From Promethearchaeota archaeon (GTDB taxonomy: Archaea > Asgardarchaeota > Lokiarchaeia > Sigyniarchaeales > SOKP01): 64,000 nt of DNA. The translations under genes were made by a program, and so were the position numbers. A model generated the notes under the pieces. That model did no database searches, was not told the origin of the DNA, and saw only the letters and a list, made by a program, of their open reading frames with translations. Shown here in pieces: positions 10,324 to 19,749 of the stretch (position 1 is the stretch's first letter; each line of letters starts with the position of its first letter). The stretch lies in the NCBI GenBank assembly GCA_030603385.1, contig JAUVXW010000010.1, positions 1 through 64,000 of the forward strand, written 5' to 3'.

Positions 10324-11079
10324 ATGGAATTAAGTTCTATGACCGTTTGTATAACGGGTGCTGCAAGTGGCATTGGGCATGCATTGAGCTTAGGATTTCT
10401 TGAAGATGGTGCTAAAGTTGTAGCTGTGGACATTAATAGTGAGGGGCTAGAACCTCTTGAAAATAAAGGTGCGATAACTAAAATTGTCGATGTTACCGAG
10501 TTTAAACAAGTAAATTCAATGGTTCAAACAGCTATTGATGAAACAGGACGTCTAGATGTGTTATTTAATAATGCAGGCATTAGTTTAGTAAGAAACGTTC
10601 ACAATTTCAAGGATGATAATTTTGAAAAAGTAATTCGAGTAAATCTCTTTGGTTCTGTATATGGTATACGCGCTGCTATTCCTGTCATGAGGTCTCAGAA
10701 CTTTGGACGTATAATAAACCTTCTGTCCCGAAGTGCTGAAACAGGAACCAATAGTATGACACCCTATGCTTCCTCTAAAGCAGCTCTTTGGGTAATTACG
10801 AGAATGACGGCAGTCGAAAATATAGATTATGATATTTTAGTTAATGGTATGATTCCTGGACCCTCAAAAACAGGGATGAATCCACGAGGACAAGATCCTA
10901 ACCTTGTTTATCCTTCTGCACGATGGATGGCAACACTACCTTCAGGGGGACCCTCTGGAAAAGTCTTCTGGAACAAAAAAGAATATGTAATGTTTAAAGA
11001 AGGAAATAATACTTTTGCTTTCTATAAAACTGACTGGAAAAATGCGAAATATACGCCATTAGATTTGAAGGAGAGATGA
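10324..11079 (+). CDS. Short-chain dehydrogenase/reductase
   Basis: Motifs TGAASGIG, NNAG and YxxxK (YASSK). Confidence 0.92.
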   Translation: MELSSMTVCITGAASGIGHALSLGFLEDGAKVVAVDINSEGLEPLENKGAITKIVDVTEFKQVNSMVQTAIDETGRLDVLFNNAGISLVRNVHNFKDDNFEKVIRVNLFGSVYGIRAAIPVMRSQNFGRIINLLSRSAETGTNSMTPYASSKAALWVITRMTAVENIDYDILVNGMIPGPSKTGMNPRGQDPNLVYPSARWMATLPSGGPSGKVFWNKKEYVMFKEGNNTFAFYKTDWKNAKYTPLDLKER

Positions 11080-11085
11080 TATTGT

Positions 11086-11874
11086 ATGGGTATCGAAAAG
11101 TTTTCTTTAGGAAATATTCAGATCGAAGCTATCGTTAATGGATCAGGTGAAACTATAGTTTTACTGCCTGGTTTAGGAGGAGAAGCTTCATCGTTTGATG
11201 ATTTTACTCCTCTTCTTAACAATGCAGGATATAGGACAGCAACTATTAACCTACGGGGAATTGCTGGAAGTAAAGGACCGTTAGAAAATCTTACTTTACA
11301 TAATCTTGCGAATGACGTAGCTGGTGTAATAGAACTACTCGAAGAAATCCCTATTCATATATTGGGTTGGGCATTTGGAAATCGTGTCGCTCGATGTCTG
11401 GCTGAAAATCACCCAAATCTCGTTAAAAGTGTTATCTTGCTAGCTGCAGGAGGTAAAGTTCCACCGGATCCAGAAGTCCTAAAGAATCTTTCAAAACTAT
11501 ACAACCCTAATTTTTCTGGTGAGGAAAGATTAGAAGCTGCGAAACTATCGCTTTTCTCGCCCTTTACAGATTCAGAAACCGTATCTAAATCAATGAGACG
11601 CGGTAGAAGTTGGCCAAAAGCAACTGCTGCTCATTCAAAAGCAAATCAAATCACACCAATCATGGAATGGTGGAATGGTGGACAAGCTCCTATGCTAGTC
11701 ATTCAGGGTCTAGATGACCGCATCGCTCTTCCCAAAAATGGTGAGATCTTGAAAAAAGATTTTGGAGAAAGAGTACAATTAGTAAATATCGAAAAAGCAG
11801 GTCATCATATGCACACCGAACAACCAAAATTGATAACTGAAAAAATAATATCTTTTCTTTCAAGTATTAAATAA
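11086..11874 (+). CDS. Alpha/beta hydrolase-fold protein with Ala at the nucleophile elbow
   Basis: LLPGLGG, GWAFG in place of GxSxG, QGLDD and AGHHMH. Confidence 0.85.
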   Translation: MGIEKFSLGNIQIEAIVNGSGETIVLLPGLGGEASSFDDFTPLLNNAGYRTATINLRGIAGSKGPLENLTLHNLANDVAGVIELLEEIPIHILGWAFGNRVARCLAENHPNLVKSVILLAAGGKVPPDPEVLKNLSKLYNPNFSGEERLEAAKLSLFSPFTDSETVSKSMRRGRSWPKATAAHSKANQITPIMEWWNGGQAPMLVIQGLDDRIALPKNGEILKKDFGERVQLVNIEKAGHHMHTEQPKLITEKIISFLSSIK

Positions 11875-11987
11875 AAACCATTAAGATCAAGTTATTCAAT
11901 TTCCATGTAGTTGAAAGAGAAAAGAAATGAATCTACCGAAACAAATACATATCTTATTTTTTCTTTAACTAAAGAAGATTAAGCACT

Positions 11988-12023
11988 AGGTCGGTGGAAC
12001 GCATTCATGGCACAGAATGGTAT
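11988..12023 (-). pseudogene. 36-bp remnant of a diverged copy of the tes 3' end (encodes IPFCAMNAFHRP)
   Basis: 27/36 nt identical to 12160-12195 (IPFCAMNTLHRP), with differences mostly synonymous. Confidence 0.7.
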
Positions 12024-12060
12024 CAAAATATAAATTAAAAGAAAATTAAAAGAAAAGAAA

Positions 12061-13809
12061 TTACTCTTGGAATTTTACTAAAAGCTCCTCGATTTCCGCT
12101 TGAATTTCTTCTGGTTTTCTTGCCGTTTTGCCAGCTATCGCGAGTTTCCGCTCTATGATTGGTCTGTGAAGTGTGTTCATAGCACAGAATGGAATTTCAG
12201 CGACTTTACTAGGATCGTCAGGATCTATTACGCCATAATGGACGAGACACCTGCATACTCTTTCGAGGTCGAAGTTGTAAGCATCTTGAAAATGCATACT
12301 ACTTATCATTAAATTACGGTCGTTGAAGAATTTCCCCGCAGATTTTAAGTTTGGAGCCATAACTAAACGAGCAAAAGCTTGATATGTTTTACTTGTAAGA
12401 ATTTTGCCAGGATCCTTGATATAACGTGCTGCTCCGGCAAAATAATATGCTTTAATAGCTTGCCGGTATCCTAGGCTGGTTATATCATCAACAAAGTTTC
12501 CAATTTTGGAAGCAAGCTGCCCAAAATCACCTAGGTTGATACCTTTCAATAATCCAGTAGGTTTTGGGACTTCTTGTTTTTCAACCATATCCCAAACTCG
12601 ATTAGACCATCGCATCAATCCTTCAGCGTCAAAAAAGTTTTCGATGGGCTCCCACTCATCCTTATCATTAATCACGCATATGGTAGCGAAGCCACAATCA
12701 GCGTGGCTGGTCATACTGAAGGGTGGCATATCGTCAAACCAAGCTAGCAATTTTGTAAACTTCGCTGTGTATGCAATAGGGTAAAACTTGGTAACTGAAC
12801 CATTTGTATATTTATTAATTGCGTCTTTTAAATCAGAAGTAGTATATCTAATATCCATTAATTCTTCGAAGCTAATACGTCCAGTTAATGAAACTGGTTG
12901 GAAGATAATACCTGATACGACATCACAATTATTTTTTGCAAAATCCAAAATGTTTCCAATTTCATGATCATTTACCCCTTTAGCGATAACTGGGACTAAC
13001 ATAATGCCATAAAATCCAACCTTTCGAGAATTTTCAATAACTCTCTTTTTAAGAGGCCATAAGTTAACTCCTCTGATCTTTTTCCATGCTTCTGGGTCAT
13101 CAGTAGCATCGAATTGCAGGTACATCGCATCCATTCCAGCATCCACGCATTTTTTCATAAATTCTGGTGATTTCGCAAATCGAACACCGTTGGTGGTTAC
13201 TAAGATTTCTGTAAAACCCAATTCATGTCCTTTACGAATAATTTCTGGTAGATCATCTCTAACTGTAGGTTCTCCTCCAGATAGCTGGAGTAAAACCGCA
13301 GGAATAGGTTCCATAGATCTGAAATGTTCCATAATTCGGACGAGTTCTTCGAATGTAGGTTCTACTACATAACCTTTTGCGCTTGCATTGGCAAAACAAA
13401 TAGGACAAGCCAGATTACAGCGATTTGTGATATCAATTAAACAAATATTTGGAGCGCTTTTATGATTGGAGCATAAACCACAGTCATATGGACACCCCTT
13501 ATTTATTTCTTTAATTCCAGAGGAAGTATATTCGGGTTGAGTAGAATTATTTACAGTAGAACCAATATCGTCTGTAATAGTCTGTTGCCATTTGTAATCG
13601 TCAGGGTTAATTGACAGTTTGTCTTTAAATTCCCCATGATCTTTGCAGTTCTTAACCATCATTACCCAGTTGGTTTCAGGATCAACAATTATTTCAGCTG
13701 GAACATGTTTCATACATTCTGGGCAAAGAGATATCGTAGTTCGTATTATTTCGTACTTACTTTTTTCCTTTTTAGTACTTTGAGTCTCAAGTTCTGTCAT
13801 ATGAATCAA
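12061..13809 (-). CDS. tes: Tetraether (GDGT) lipid synthase Tes / MJ0619-like radical SAM enzyme
   Basis: N-terminal CPEC...CKDHG, GCPYDCGLC, radical SAM CNLACPIC and C-terminal MHFQDAYNFDLERVCRC...IPFC. Confidence 0.82.
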   Translation of the reverse strand: MIHMTELETQSTKKEKSKYEIIRTTISLCPECMKHVPAEIIVDPETNWVMMVKNCKDHGEFKDKLSINPDDYKWQQTITDDIGSTVNNSTQPEYTSSGIKEINKGCPYDCGLCSNHKSAPNICLIDITNRCNLACPICFANASAKGYVVEPTFEELVRIMEHFRSMEPIPAVLLQLSGGEPTVRDDLPEIIRKGHELGFTEILVTTNGVRFAKSPEFMKKCVDAGMDAMYLQFDATDDPEAWKKIRGVNLWPLKKRVIENSRKVGFYGIMLVPVIAKGVNDHEIGNILDFAKNNCDVVSGIIFQPVSLTGRISFEELMDIRYTTSDLKDAINKYTNGSVTKFYPIAYTAKFTKLLAWFDDMPPFSMTSHADCGFATICVINDKDEWEPIENFFDAEGLMRWSNRVWDMVEKQEVPKPTGLLKGINLGDFGQLASKIGNFVDDITSLGYRQAIKAYYFAGAARYIKDPGKILTSKTYQAFARLVMAPNLKSAGKFFNDRNLMISSMHFQDAYNFDLERVCRCLVHYGVIDPDDPSKVAEIPFCAMNTLHRPIIERKLAIAGKTARKPEEIQAEIEELLVKFQE

Positions 13810-14092
13810 TAATATATTATATTATTTAATTAAACTAGTATTTTAATAAATATTGAAATCTTTTAAACTTAATAATATCTATAGTATTATCATTAATATT
13901 ATTAAAAAAGCTTCAAATTCTTAATAAAATTTAAGGTCTGTACATGAATTTTTGTTTATGATTAGATGCTTATAAATTAAATCGATGATCTTAATAAGTA
14001 TTCATTTAAATTGAAGAAGAATGATAGTTAATAGTATTAATTGTATAATGAATTATTTCAGTTTAAAGATTGAAAAGTGGTGACTTGAATTC

Positions 14093-14479
14093 ATGTCGAG
14101 TAAAAGAAAAGAACAAACCGTAGGACGACCAGAACCAGAATTTAAATTTACTATTGTTACAGTAATCTGGATTGTTATTGGATTTATTTCTTCTTGGATA
14201 AACATGATAGTTATTTTAGATTCTATGGAGATTTGGTCATACTTATCAATAATTTTCGCAACAATTATCCCGGGAGTAATTATTGGTTTAAAAGATAGAT
14301 ACTGGGGTTATGGTTATATGCTTGGGTTTTCGATTGCTGGTATTCCTTTTTTAATCATAGTTGATCTCTTTATCGGAGGCTATGTATTTGCCACCACATT
14401 ATTTATTTTTATCATAATAATGCTAATTTTTTGGTTAGGTTGGAGATCTATTGGTGCAATTAAACAGGTAGAAGGATAA
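14093..14479 (+). CDS. Hypothetical membrane protein (about 4 TM)
   Basis: Four hydrophobic segments; GGTGA Shine-Dalgarno motif upstream. Confidence 0.75.
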   Translation: MSSKRKEQTVGRPEPEFKFTIVTVIWIVIGFISSWINMIVILDSMEIWSYLSIIFATIIPGVIIGLKDRYWGYGYMLGFSIAGIPFLIIVDLFIGGYVFATTLFIFIIIMLIFWLGWRSIGAIKQVEG

Positions 14480-14501
14480 GAAAGAATTCCTTTCTTTAAT
14501 T

Positions 14502-14714
14502 TTATATTAAAATTAAGTGTTTGCATTTTACACAAAGTTTTGCTTCATCCTTTGCTTTTTCAGCACATTTCATGCAATATTTTGTTTTACAGCCAGGACA
14601 AGTATAAATTTCACCTTGAATATCACCCTTATGCAGAATACAGAAGTTTTCATTAATTTTGATTGAGGGTGGGAGAACTGGAGGTGGAGGAAGGGGTGTT
14701 TTTTTATTATTCAT
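14502..14714 (-). CDS. Small RING-like zinc-finger protein with a poly-proline N-terminus
   Basis: PLPPPPVLPP followed by CxxH, CxxC, CxxC, CxxC. Confidence 0.7.
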   Translation of the reverse strand: MNNKKTPLPPPPVLPPSIKINENFCILHKGDIQGEIYTCPGCKTKYCMKCAEKAKDEAKLCVKCKHLILI

Positions 14715-14799
14715 TAAATCACGAGTTGAGTATTTTTCAAGTTATGATTATTGATAGATAATAACAAAAAATAAGGTGTTTATTAAAGAAACAATAAAA

Positions 14800-15270
14800 C
14801 TATGATAGGGAAGGGACATCTTCAATATGTACGCTTATTACGTTCGAAACCGCCATGAATTTATTTTGAATATCATCGACGGATAAATCCCCTGAATCAA
14901 TTCTATCTCCGATTAAATAAGTCTCATAAAAACATTTCTCCATTTCGTAGCAGAGACCAGTGGTATGCAATATTTCATTACTTAAATTAAGCTCATTTAA
15001 TACATTTGATATCCCTTTCACGAGATCGGGGGAGAATTCTTTTAATTTTATAAGAATTTTTTTAATGTTTTTTTTCTGTGTTGGAAAGCAACTAATTTTA
15101 ACCACATCTTCCCTTGAGATAAAAATTAGCAAATAATAAGGAGAATCTAAAATTTCTGCTTTAATTTCAGAGGGAAAAATCGGGTTGTTATTTAATTCAT
15201 TATTATTCAAAATTATACCTACTGAAATCTTATTTTTTTGTACTGCCTTGTTGGTTTCCATAATAATCAA
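14800..15270 (-). CDS. Hypothetical protein, possible C-terminal ACT-like domain
   Basis: Pattern PDLVKGISNVL...ILHTTGLC...VISVHIE fits an ACT-like beta-alpha-beta arrangement. Confidence 0.6.
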   Translation of the reverse strand: MIIMETNKAVQKNKISVGIILNNNELNNNPIFPSEIKAEILDSPYYLLIFISREDVVKISCFPTQKKNIKKILIKLKEFSPDLVKGISNVLNELNLSNEILHTTGLCYEMEKCFYETYLIGDRIDSGDLSVDDIQNKFMAVSNVISVHIEDVPSLS

Positions 15271-15464
15271 AAACTTTAGGGTAATTAAGGGTTATATTTC
15301 AGAAAACTATATAAATTTTTATGATTTTTTTGGTTTTTTTTTTTAGGTATTTTTCAAGTAATATGAAGATATTATTTGTATTTTATATCTAAGTTAATTT
15401 TTGGTTATTTGATATTTCCTTCTAATAAAATGCATTCATAAGGTTTTTAATTCGAGTTTTTAAC

Positions 15465-15953
15465 ATGTCTTTCCATAACAAAATAAATAGAAATTATGGT
15501 TTTAGTTCAGAAAAAATTAATTCTCAAGAAAATCTCTTTCATGCTATCTACTTCTTGGATTATGAAACAGGTGCTCTGCTGGTTAGTAATAGGTTTTCTA
15601 ATAACTTGAGTTTTTTAAAAGATGATTTAATTTGTAGCTTTTTAAACGCAATAAATTTGTTCATTAATGAATTGAAAGAAGGAGGGAATGAAGAACTACA
15701 AGAAATTAATTTTAGGGATACCAGAATATTATATGAAAGGGAAGGCCGTTTATTAGTAATAGCAATTACTAAAAAGAATGATCTTCAAATGGAAAGAGGC
15801 CTTATTAGAGAAATACTTGAAGATTTCTATTATCGGTTCAAGAATTATATTAATAATTTCAACGGTTCAATATCTCCTGCCATAATAGAATATAAAAAAA
15901 GACTAGAATGCATGAATTTAAACTCAGTATTCAAATTCAATACAAGATTTTAA
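15465..15953 (+). CDS. Longin-like domain protein
   Basis: AIYFLDYETGALLV...LICSFLNAINLFINEL...LQEINF...LLVIAIT...ILEDFYYRF matches the Asgard longin pattern. Confidence 0.7.
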   Translation: MSFHNKINRNYGFSSEKINSQENLFHAIYFLDYETGALLVSNRFSNNLSFLKDDLICSFLNAINLFINELKEGGNEELQEINFRDTRILYEREGRLLVIAITKKNDLQMERGLIREILEDFYYRFKNYINNFNGSISPAIIEYKKRLECMNLNSVFKFNTRF

Positions 15954-15969
15954 ACTCTAAATTTTGAGA

Positions 15970-17319
15970 TTAGTTTTCTTCGTCATCTTTTTTAAACTTT
16001 TCAACTTCGGTTTCGAATTTTTCAACAATATCTTTCGCATCATGTTTTATCTCTATTTGTTTCTCTACGACCTCTTTTTGTTCTTCAATTTCTTTTGCTC
16101 TTTTTTCAATTGTGCTATAGATTTTTTCAGCAGTGCTAGATATGTCAGGATGTAGCTCCTTTAATTGGGCAGCGGTATCTTTCTGACGATCTATCATGAA
16201 TGCTTTTTCTTCAATAGATTTTTCTATTTTTTCTGCTGTTCCCTGTATGTCAGTATGTATTCCTACTCGTTTAGCAAGACTTTCTTTTTGTCTATCCACC
16301 ATAAATGCCTTTTCTTCGATTGTTTTACTTATCGCTCCAGCAGATTTTTCTGTGTCTGATTGAACATCGATATGTTTATCCCTTTCACGGGCTATCATGA
16401 AGGCTTTTTGTCCAACCGATTTCTCTATTTTTTCTGCCGTTTCTTCTATATTTGGATGAATGTCCAGACGTTTTTCTTCTAATTCTTTTTTCCTTTCCAC
16501 CATAAATGCCTTTTCTTCGATTGTTTTACTTATCGCTCCAGCAGATTTTTCTATGTCTGATTGAACATCGATACGTTTATCCCTTTCACGGGCTATCATG
16601 AAGGCTTTTTGTCCAACCGATTTCTCTATTTTTTCTGCCGTTTCTTCTATATTTGGATGAATGTCCAGACGTTTTTCATCTAATTCTTTTTTCCTTTCCA
16701 TCATAAACGCTTTTTCACCGACAGACTTCTCAATCTTTTCTGCTGTATCATCTATATTAGGATGGATTCCTGCTCGTAGAGCGAGATCTTCTTTTTTCCG
16801 ATCTATCATGAATGCTTTTTCAGAAACAGACCCCTCGATAGCTTCACTAACTTTATCAATATCGGGATGCAATTCTTTTAGTTGAGCTACACTTTCTTTT
16901 TGTCTATCTATCATGAAAGCCTTTTCAGAAACTGACTTCTCAATCTTTTCTGCTGTTTCCTCTATGTTAGGATGAAAACTCATACGTTGTTCATCTATTT
17001 CTCTTTGTTTCTCAATTCTAAAAGCTTTCTCAGATATAGTATCTTTGATAGATTCTGCCACTTTGTCCTTATCTGGATTTAATTCTTTCAATTGAGCTGT
17101 AGTTTCTTTATGACGATCAATCATAAATGCTTTTTCATCTATTAAATCCGAAATTAGTTTGGTGCTTTCCTCAAAAGCTTGTTTCCTTTCATCTTCAGTA
17201 ATTTTTAGGTAAGACTCTCTTTCTTCTTTTTCTTTTTCATAGAGGTCATCTACCATTTTTTTATCTGCTTCAATTTCTTCCTTAGTTGGAGGTTTTTCAT
17301 TCTCACTCAATATACTCAC
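15970..17319 (-). CDS. Charged helical tandem-repeat protein
   Basis: Ten 31-36-aa units of HPxIEETAEKIEKSVxEKAFMxxR; no Cys or Trp. Confidence 0.8.
   Translation of the reverse strand: MSILSENEKPPTKEEIEADKKMVDDLYEKEKEERESYLKITEDERKQAFEESTKLISDLIDEKAFMIDRHKETTAQLKELNPDKDKVAESIKDTISEKAFRIEKQREIDEQRMSFHPNIEETAEKIEKSVSEKAFMIDRQKESVAQLKELHPDIDKVSEAIEGSVSEKAFMIDRKKEDLALRAGIHPNIDDTAEKIEKSVGEKAFMMERKKELDEKRLDIHPNIEETAEKIEKSVGQKAFMIARERDKRIDVQSDIEKSAGAISKTIEEKAFMVERKKELEEKRLDIHPNIEETAEKIEKSVGQKAFMIARERDKHIDVQSDTEKSAGAISKTIEEKAFMVDRQKESLAKRVGIHTDIQGTAEKIEKSIEEKAFMIDRQKDTAAQLKELHPDISSTAEKIYSTIEKRAKEIEEQKEVVEKQIEIKHDAKDIVEKFETEVEKFKKDDEEN
16295..16700. repeat. Near-identical 201-bp (67-codon) tandem duplication inside the repeat protein
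   Basis: ATAAATGCCTTTTCTTCGATTG occurs at 16301 and 16502, and the units differ at only a few positions. Confidence 0.9.
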
Positions 17320-17456
17320 TTTCTAAAGTTTAAGAAACATTTTCTAATATAATAGTAGAATTGGTATTTAATTTTTTTTAGATTTGAATATGGAAAAAAT
17401 TTTCAATTAACCAATAAATAACAATATTCAATCCTTATTATTCAATCTTATTAGGA

Positions 17457-18206
17457 TTATTTAATAGGTATTGGTTCGAATGAATCATCTGAAATATGTT
17501 CCATTAAGCTTAGCATTGTTAGCTTCATATTGAGCATTTCTACTGCTTCCATATGTAATTTCTTGGATTTTTCTGAAGTTTTCGATAAGTTATATTTAAC
17601 AAAGATTTTATCTAACTCCTCTGATAAATCCTTTTGAAGTTGTTCTTGTCTCTCTAACTTGATCTCTTGGCCTTTAAGCCAATTGTCTATTTCACTTTTA
17701 ATTTGAATTTCAGTACCATTAATCAGATTGTAACTAACTTCAACTTCTTTAATATTATTTAAATTAGAGATGTAGCTTTGGTCTTGATACATTGGCTTAA
17801 TTAATAATCCTAAATTCATGATTAAGGGTTGAATTTCGAGTTTTTCCAATGAATCTGTTAGATATTCTAATACTTGATTTTCCTGAGTAATTTTTGAATA
17901 GTGAATATGTTCTTGAACAAAGTGCATTATTGCGTTTTTTACTAATAATTCCTCGAAATCATAAACCGAATCTGGTTTAATTTCAAGAGTCTTAGTAATA
18001 CATGTATAAAGAGAATTCATGAATGGCTTAATATCTTTAAACATTGTAAATTTAGTAATAAAGTGTAGAATATCGCCGATAATTTCTAGTTTATTCTCAT
18101 CGGGTTCAGTATTAAAATGGCGATTAATATATTGTTCTAAATCGAAACTTTCATCTGAGATTGATAAAAGTTGCTTTATCTCAGAATAAACAGAACTTAA
18201 GTTCAC
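17457..18206 (-). CDS. Hypothetical protein
   Basis: 249-aa helical ORF with GTG start; no family recognised. Confidence 0.75.
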   Translation of the reverse strand: MNLSSVYSEIKQLLSISDESFDLEQYINRHFNTEPDENKLEIIGDILHFITKFTMFKDIKPFMNSLYTCITKTLEIKPDSVYDFEELLVKNAIMHFVQEHIHYSKITQENQVLEYLTDSLEKLEIQPLIMNLGLLIKPMYQDQSYISNLNNIKEVEVSYNLINGTEIQIKSEIDNWLKGQEIKLERQEQLQKDLSEELDKIFVKYNLSKTSEKSKKLHMEAVEMLNMKLTMLSLMEHISDDSFEPIPIK

Positions 18207-18274
18207 AATAATTTTATTTGTTAATATTCTTTATAAAAATTTCTAATTTTATGAAAAAAGTAAAGGATTAGATT

Positions 18275-19612
18275 TTAAAAAGCGGTTGTGATTAAAGCTT
18301 TAGTACCATGCTTTTGTGCTTCTTGGATTATTTCCATTAATTCATCAAATGAAAAGGGTATTAAATCTAAGGCACTCATACCTGACAGCTTCAGAATCGC
18401 GGTAACTGTGTCTGCTAAGTTATTACAATCCCCTGAGAAAAACACATTCCTTCTACCAAATTCCTTTCTTATTTGTTTGCCAACTTCATCGATGGCGCAA
18501 TATCCTGCTATGAGTCCTCTGGTATAATCCTCGTCTTTTAATTGCTCAACGAGATTTTCATCATGACCTTTTCCCATTATTAAAAACCAACCACCCTTAA
18601 ACTTATCTTTATAATCATTAGCGAAAACTTGCAATGCTGCTAGTGGATTATTCTGGCAACCCTCTCTGCATAAAAGTTTTTTACCTTTAACGATTTTAAT
18701 ATCATCAGGGAATTCTTGCAATAGATCCCATTCATATCTCTCCTTATATTCTTCTAAGTCTTTACCGATTACAGTAATCTTCTTTAAATCTCCCTCTCCT
18801 AAACCTCTTTCATATGCAATTTTTAAATGAGGAATCTCATCTAAGGATAAACCAAAAATTCTTGCACCTACAGTGTCTACCGCTAATGTATCTTTTCCGC
18901 CAATCAAAATATTAAATTGCTTTACAAGTCGATCTTCCCATGCTGTCGGGGGATAATGACCATGAATTGTTCCTTCAAGTCCGTCTATGATTGTAATATC
19001 GGGTTTAATTATTTCATATAAATCGACTAATTTCGAATGTAAATTAAAATTATGATCTTTTCCTCGATCTGCATGTTGAGGGTATCCCCATTGGTTTTTC
19101 ATACCTAGTGTCACTCCTGTCATTGAATGAGTTTTTAGTTTTGGTATATTGATATAGGTTACTGCGTCTCGATTTTCGATAATTTTAACTATTGTTGATG
19201 GCAACCGGAAAGTCTTTAAATTGTATCCATTGGGATCTTCTTCTACTGAAGGTTTCCCAGTGAATTCAAAAGTGGTTGTATCTTCCTCATCTAAATATAA
19301 AATTTCTGCTCCTAATTTCTCACATATTTCCTTATAACCAGTAATAGTAAAAACAATCCTCGTTAAATTTGCTTGAGTGGAATTCTCCATAACATATACT
19401 TTTGCATTGATCGATTGTAGATACTTGATTACAGCTTCTAGTACTTCGGGAGAAGTAAAAGTGTGTTTCTTAAAGTCAATTCCATTAACTTTAATATATA
19501 CCTCATTTGAACTTTTAAGAATTGGAATCTTTGATTTCTCTAAGTATGAAAACATCTTTATAACTGCTTGATCTATTGATTCTGAAGTATCAGTAATATA
19601 AACCTCTGTCAT
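18275..19612 (-). CDS. DUF362-domain Fe-S protein
   Basis: Motifs YIKVNG, INIPKLKTHSMTGVTLGMKN, IIDGLEG and DTLAVD, plus C-terminal Cys residues (CREGC). Confidence 0.85.
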   Translation of the reverse strand: MTEVYITDTSESIDQAVIKMFSYLEKSKIPILKSSNEVYIKVNGIDFKKHTFTSPEVLEAVIKYLQSINAKVYVMENSTQANLTRIVFTITGYKEICEKLGAEILYLDEEDTTTFEFTGKPSVEEDPNGYNLKTFRLPSTIVKIIENRDAVTYINIPKLKTHSMTGVTLGMKNQWGYPQHADRGKDHNFNLHSKLVDLYEIIKPDITIIDGLEGTIHGHYPPTAWEDRLVKQFNILIGGKDTLAVDTVGARIFGLSLDEIPHLKIAYERGLGEGDLKKITVIGKDLEEYKERYEWDLLQEFPDDIKIVKGKKLLCREGCQNNPLAALQVFANDYKDKFKGGWFLIMGKGHDENLVEQLKDEDYTRGLIAGYCAIDEVGKQIRKEFGRRNVFFSGDCNNLADTVTAILKLSGMSALDLIPFSFDELMEIIQEAQKHGTKALITTAF

Positions 19613-19706
19613 ATAATAACACCATTTTTAATTAATTATTATAAGCAAGGACAGATTATAACACTTTTTTATGAAAAAGTTTTTTAAATATATATTATTA
19701 ACAAAT

Positions 19707-19727
19707 ATATATCAATATATGAGATAT
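19707..19727. promoter_or_regulatory. Candidate PadR operator (imperfect inverted repeat)
   Basis: ATATATCA-ATATA-TGAGATAT, 7/8 arm match, 22 nt upstream of padR; weak because the context is AT-rich. Confidence 0.25.
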
Positions 19728-19749
19728 TCTAGAAATTAAGGGAAAGGTC

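Noticed and set aside
4223-13372. Short ORFs overlapping the V4R, PPC, ileS, cysS and tes genes
   Set aside because: Antisense or off-frame to well-supported genes, with no motifs.
15964-16885. Plus-strand ORFs 15964-16155, 16165-16359 and 16661-16885
   Set aside because: Phe/Ser-rich antisense shadows of the Glu/Lys-rich repeat gene.
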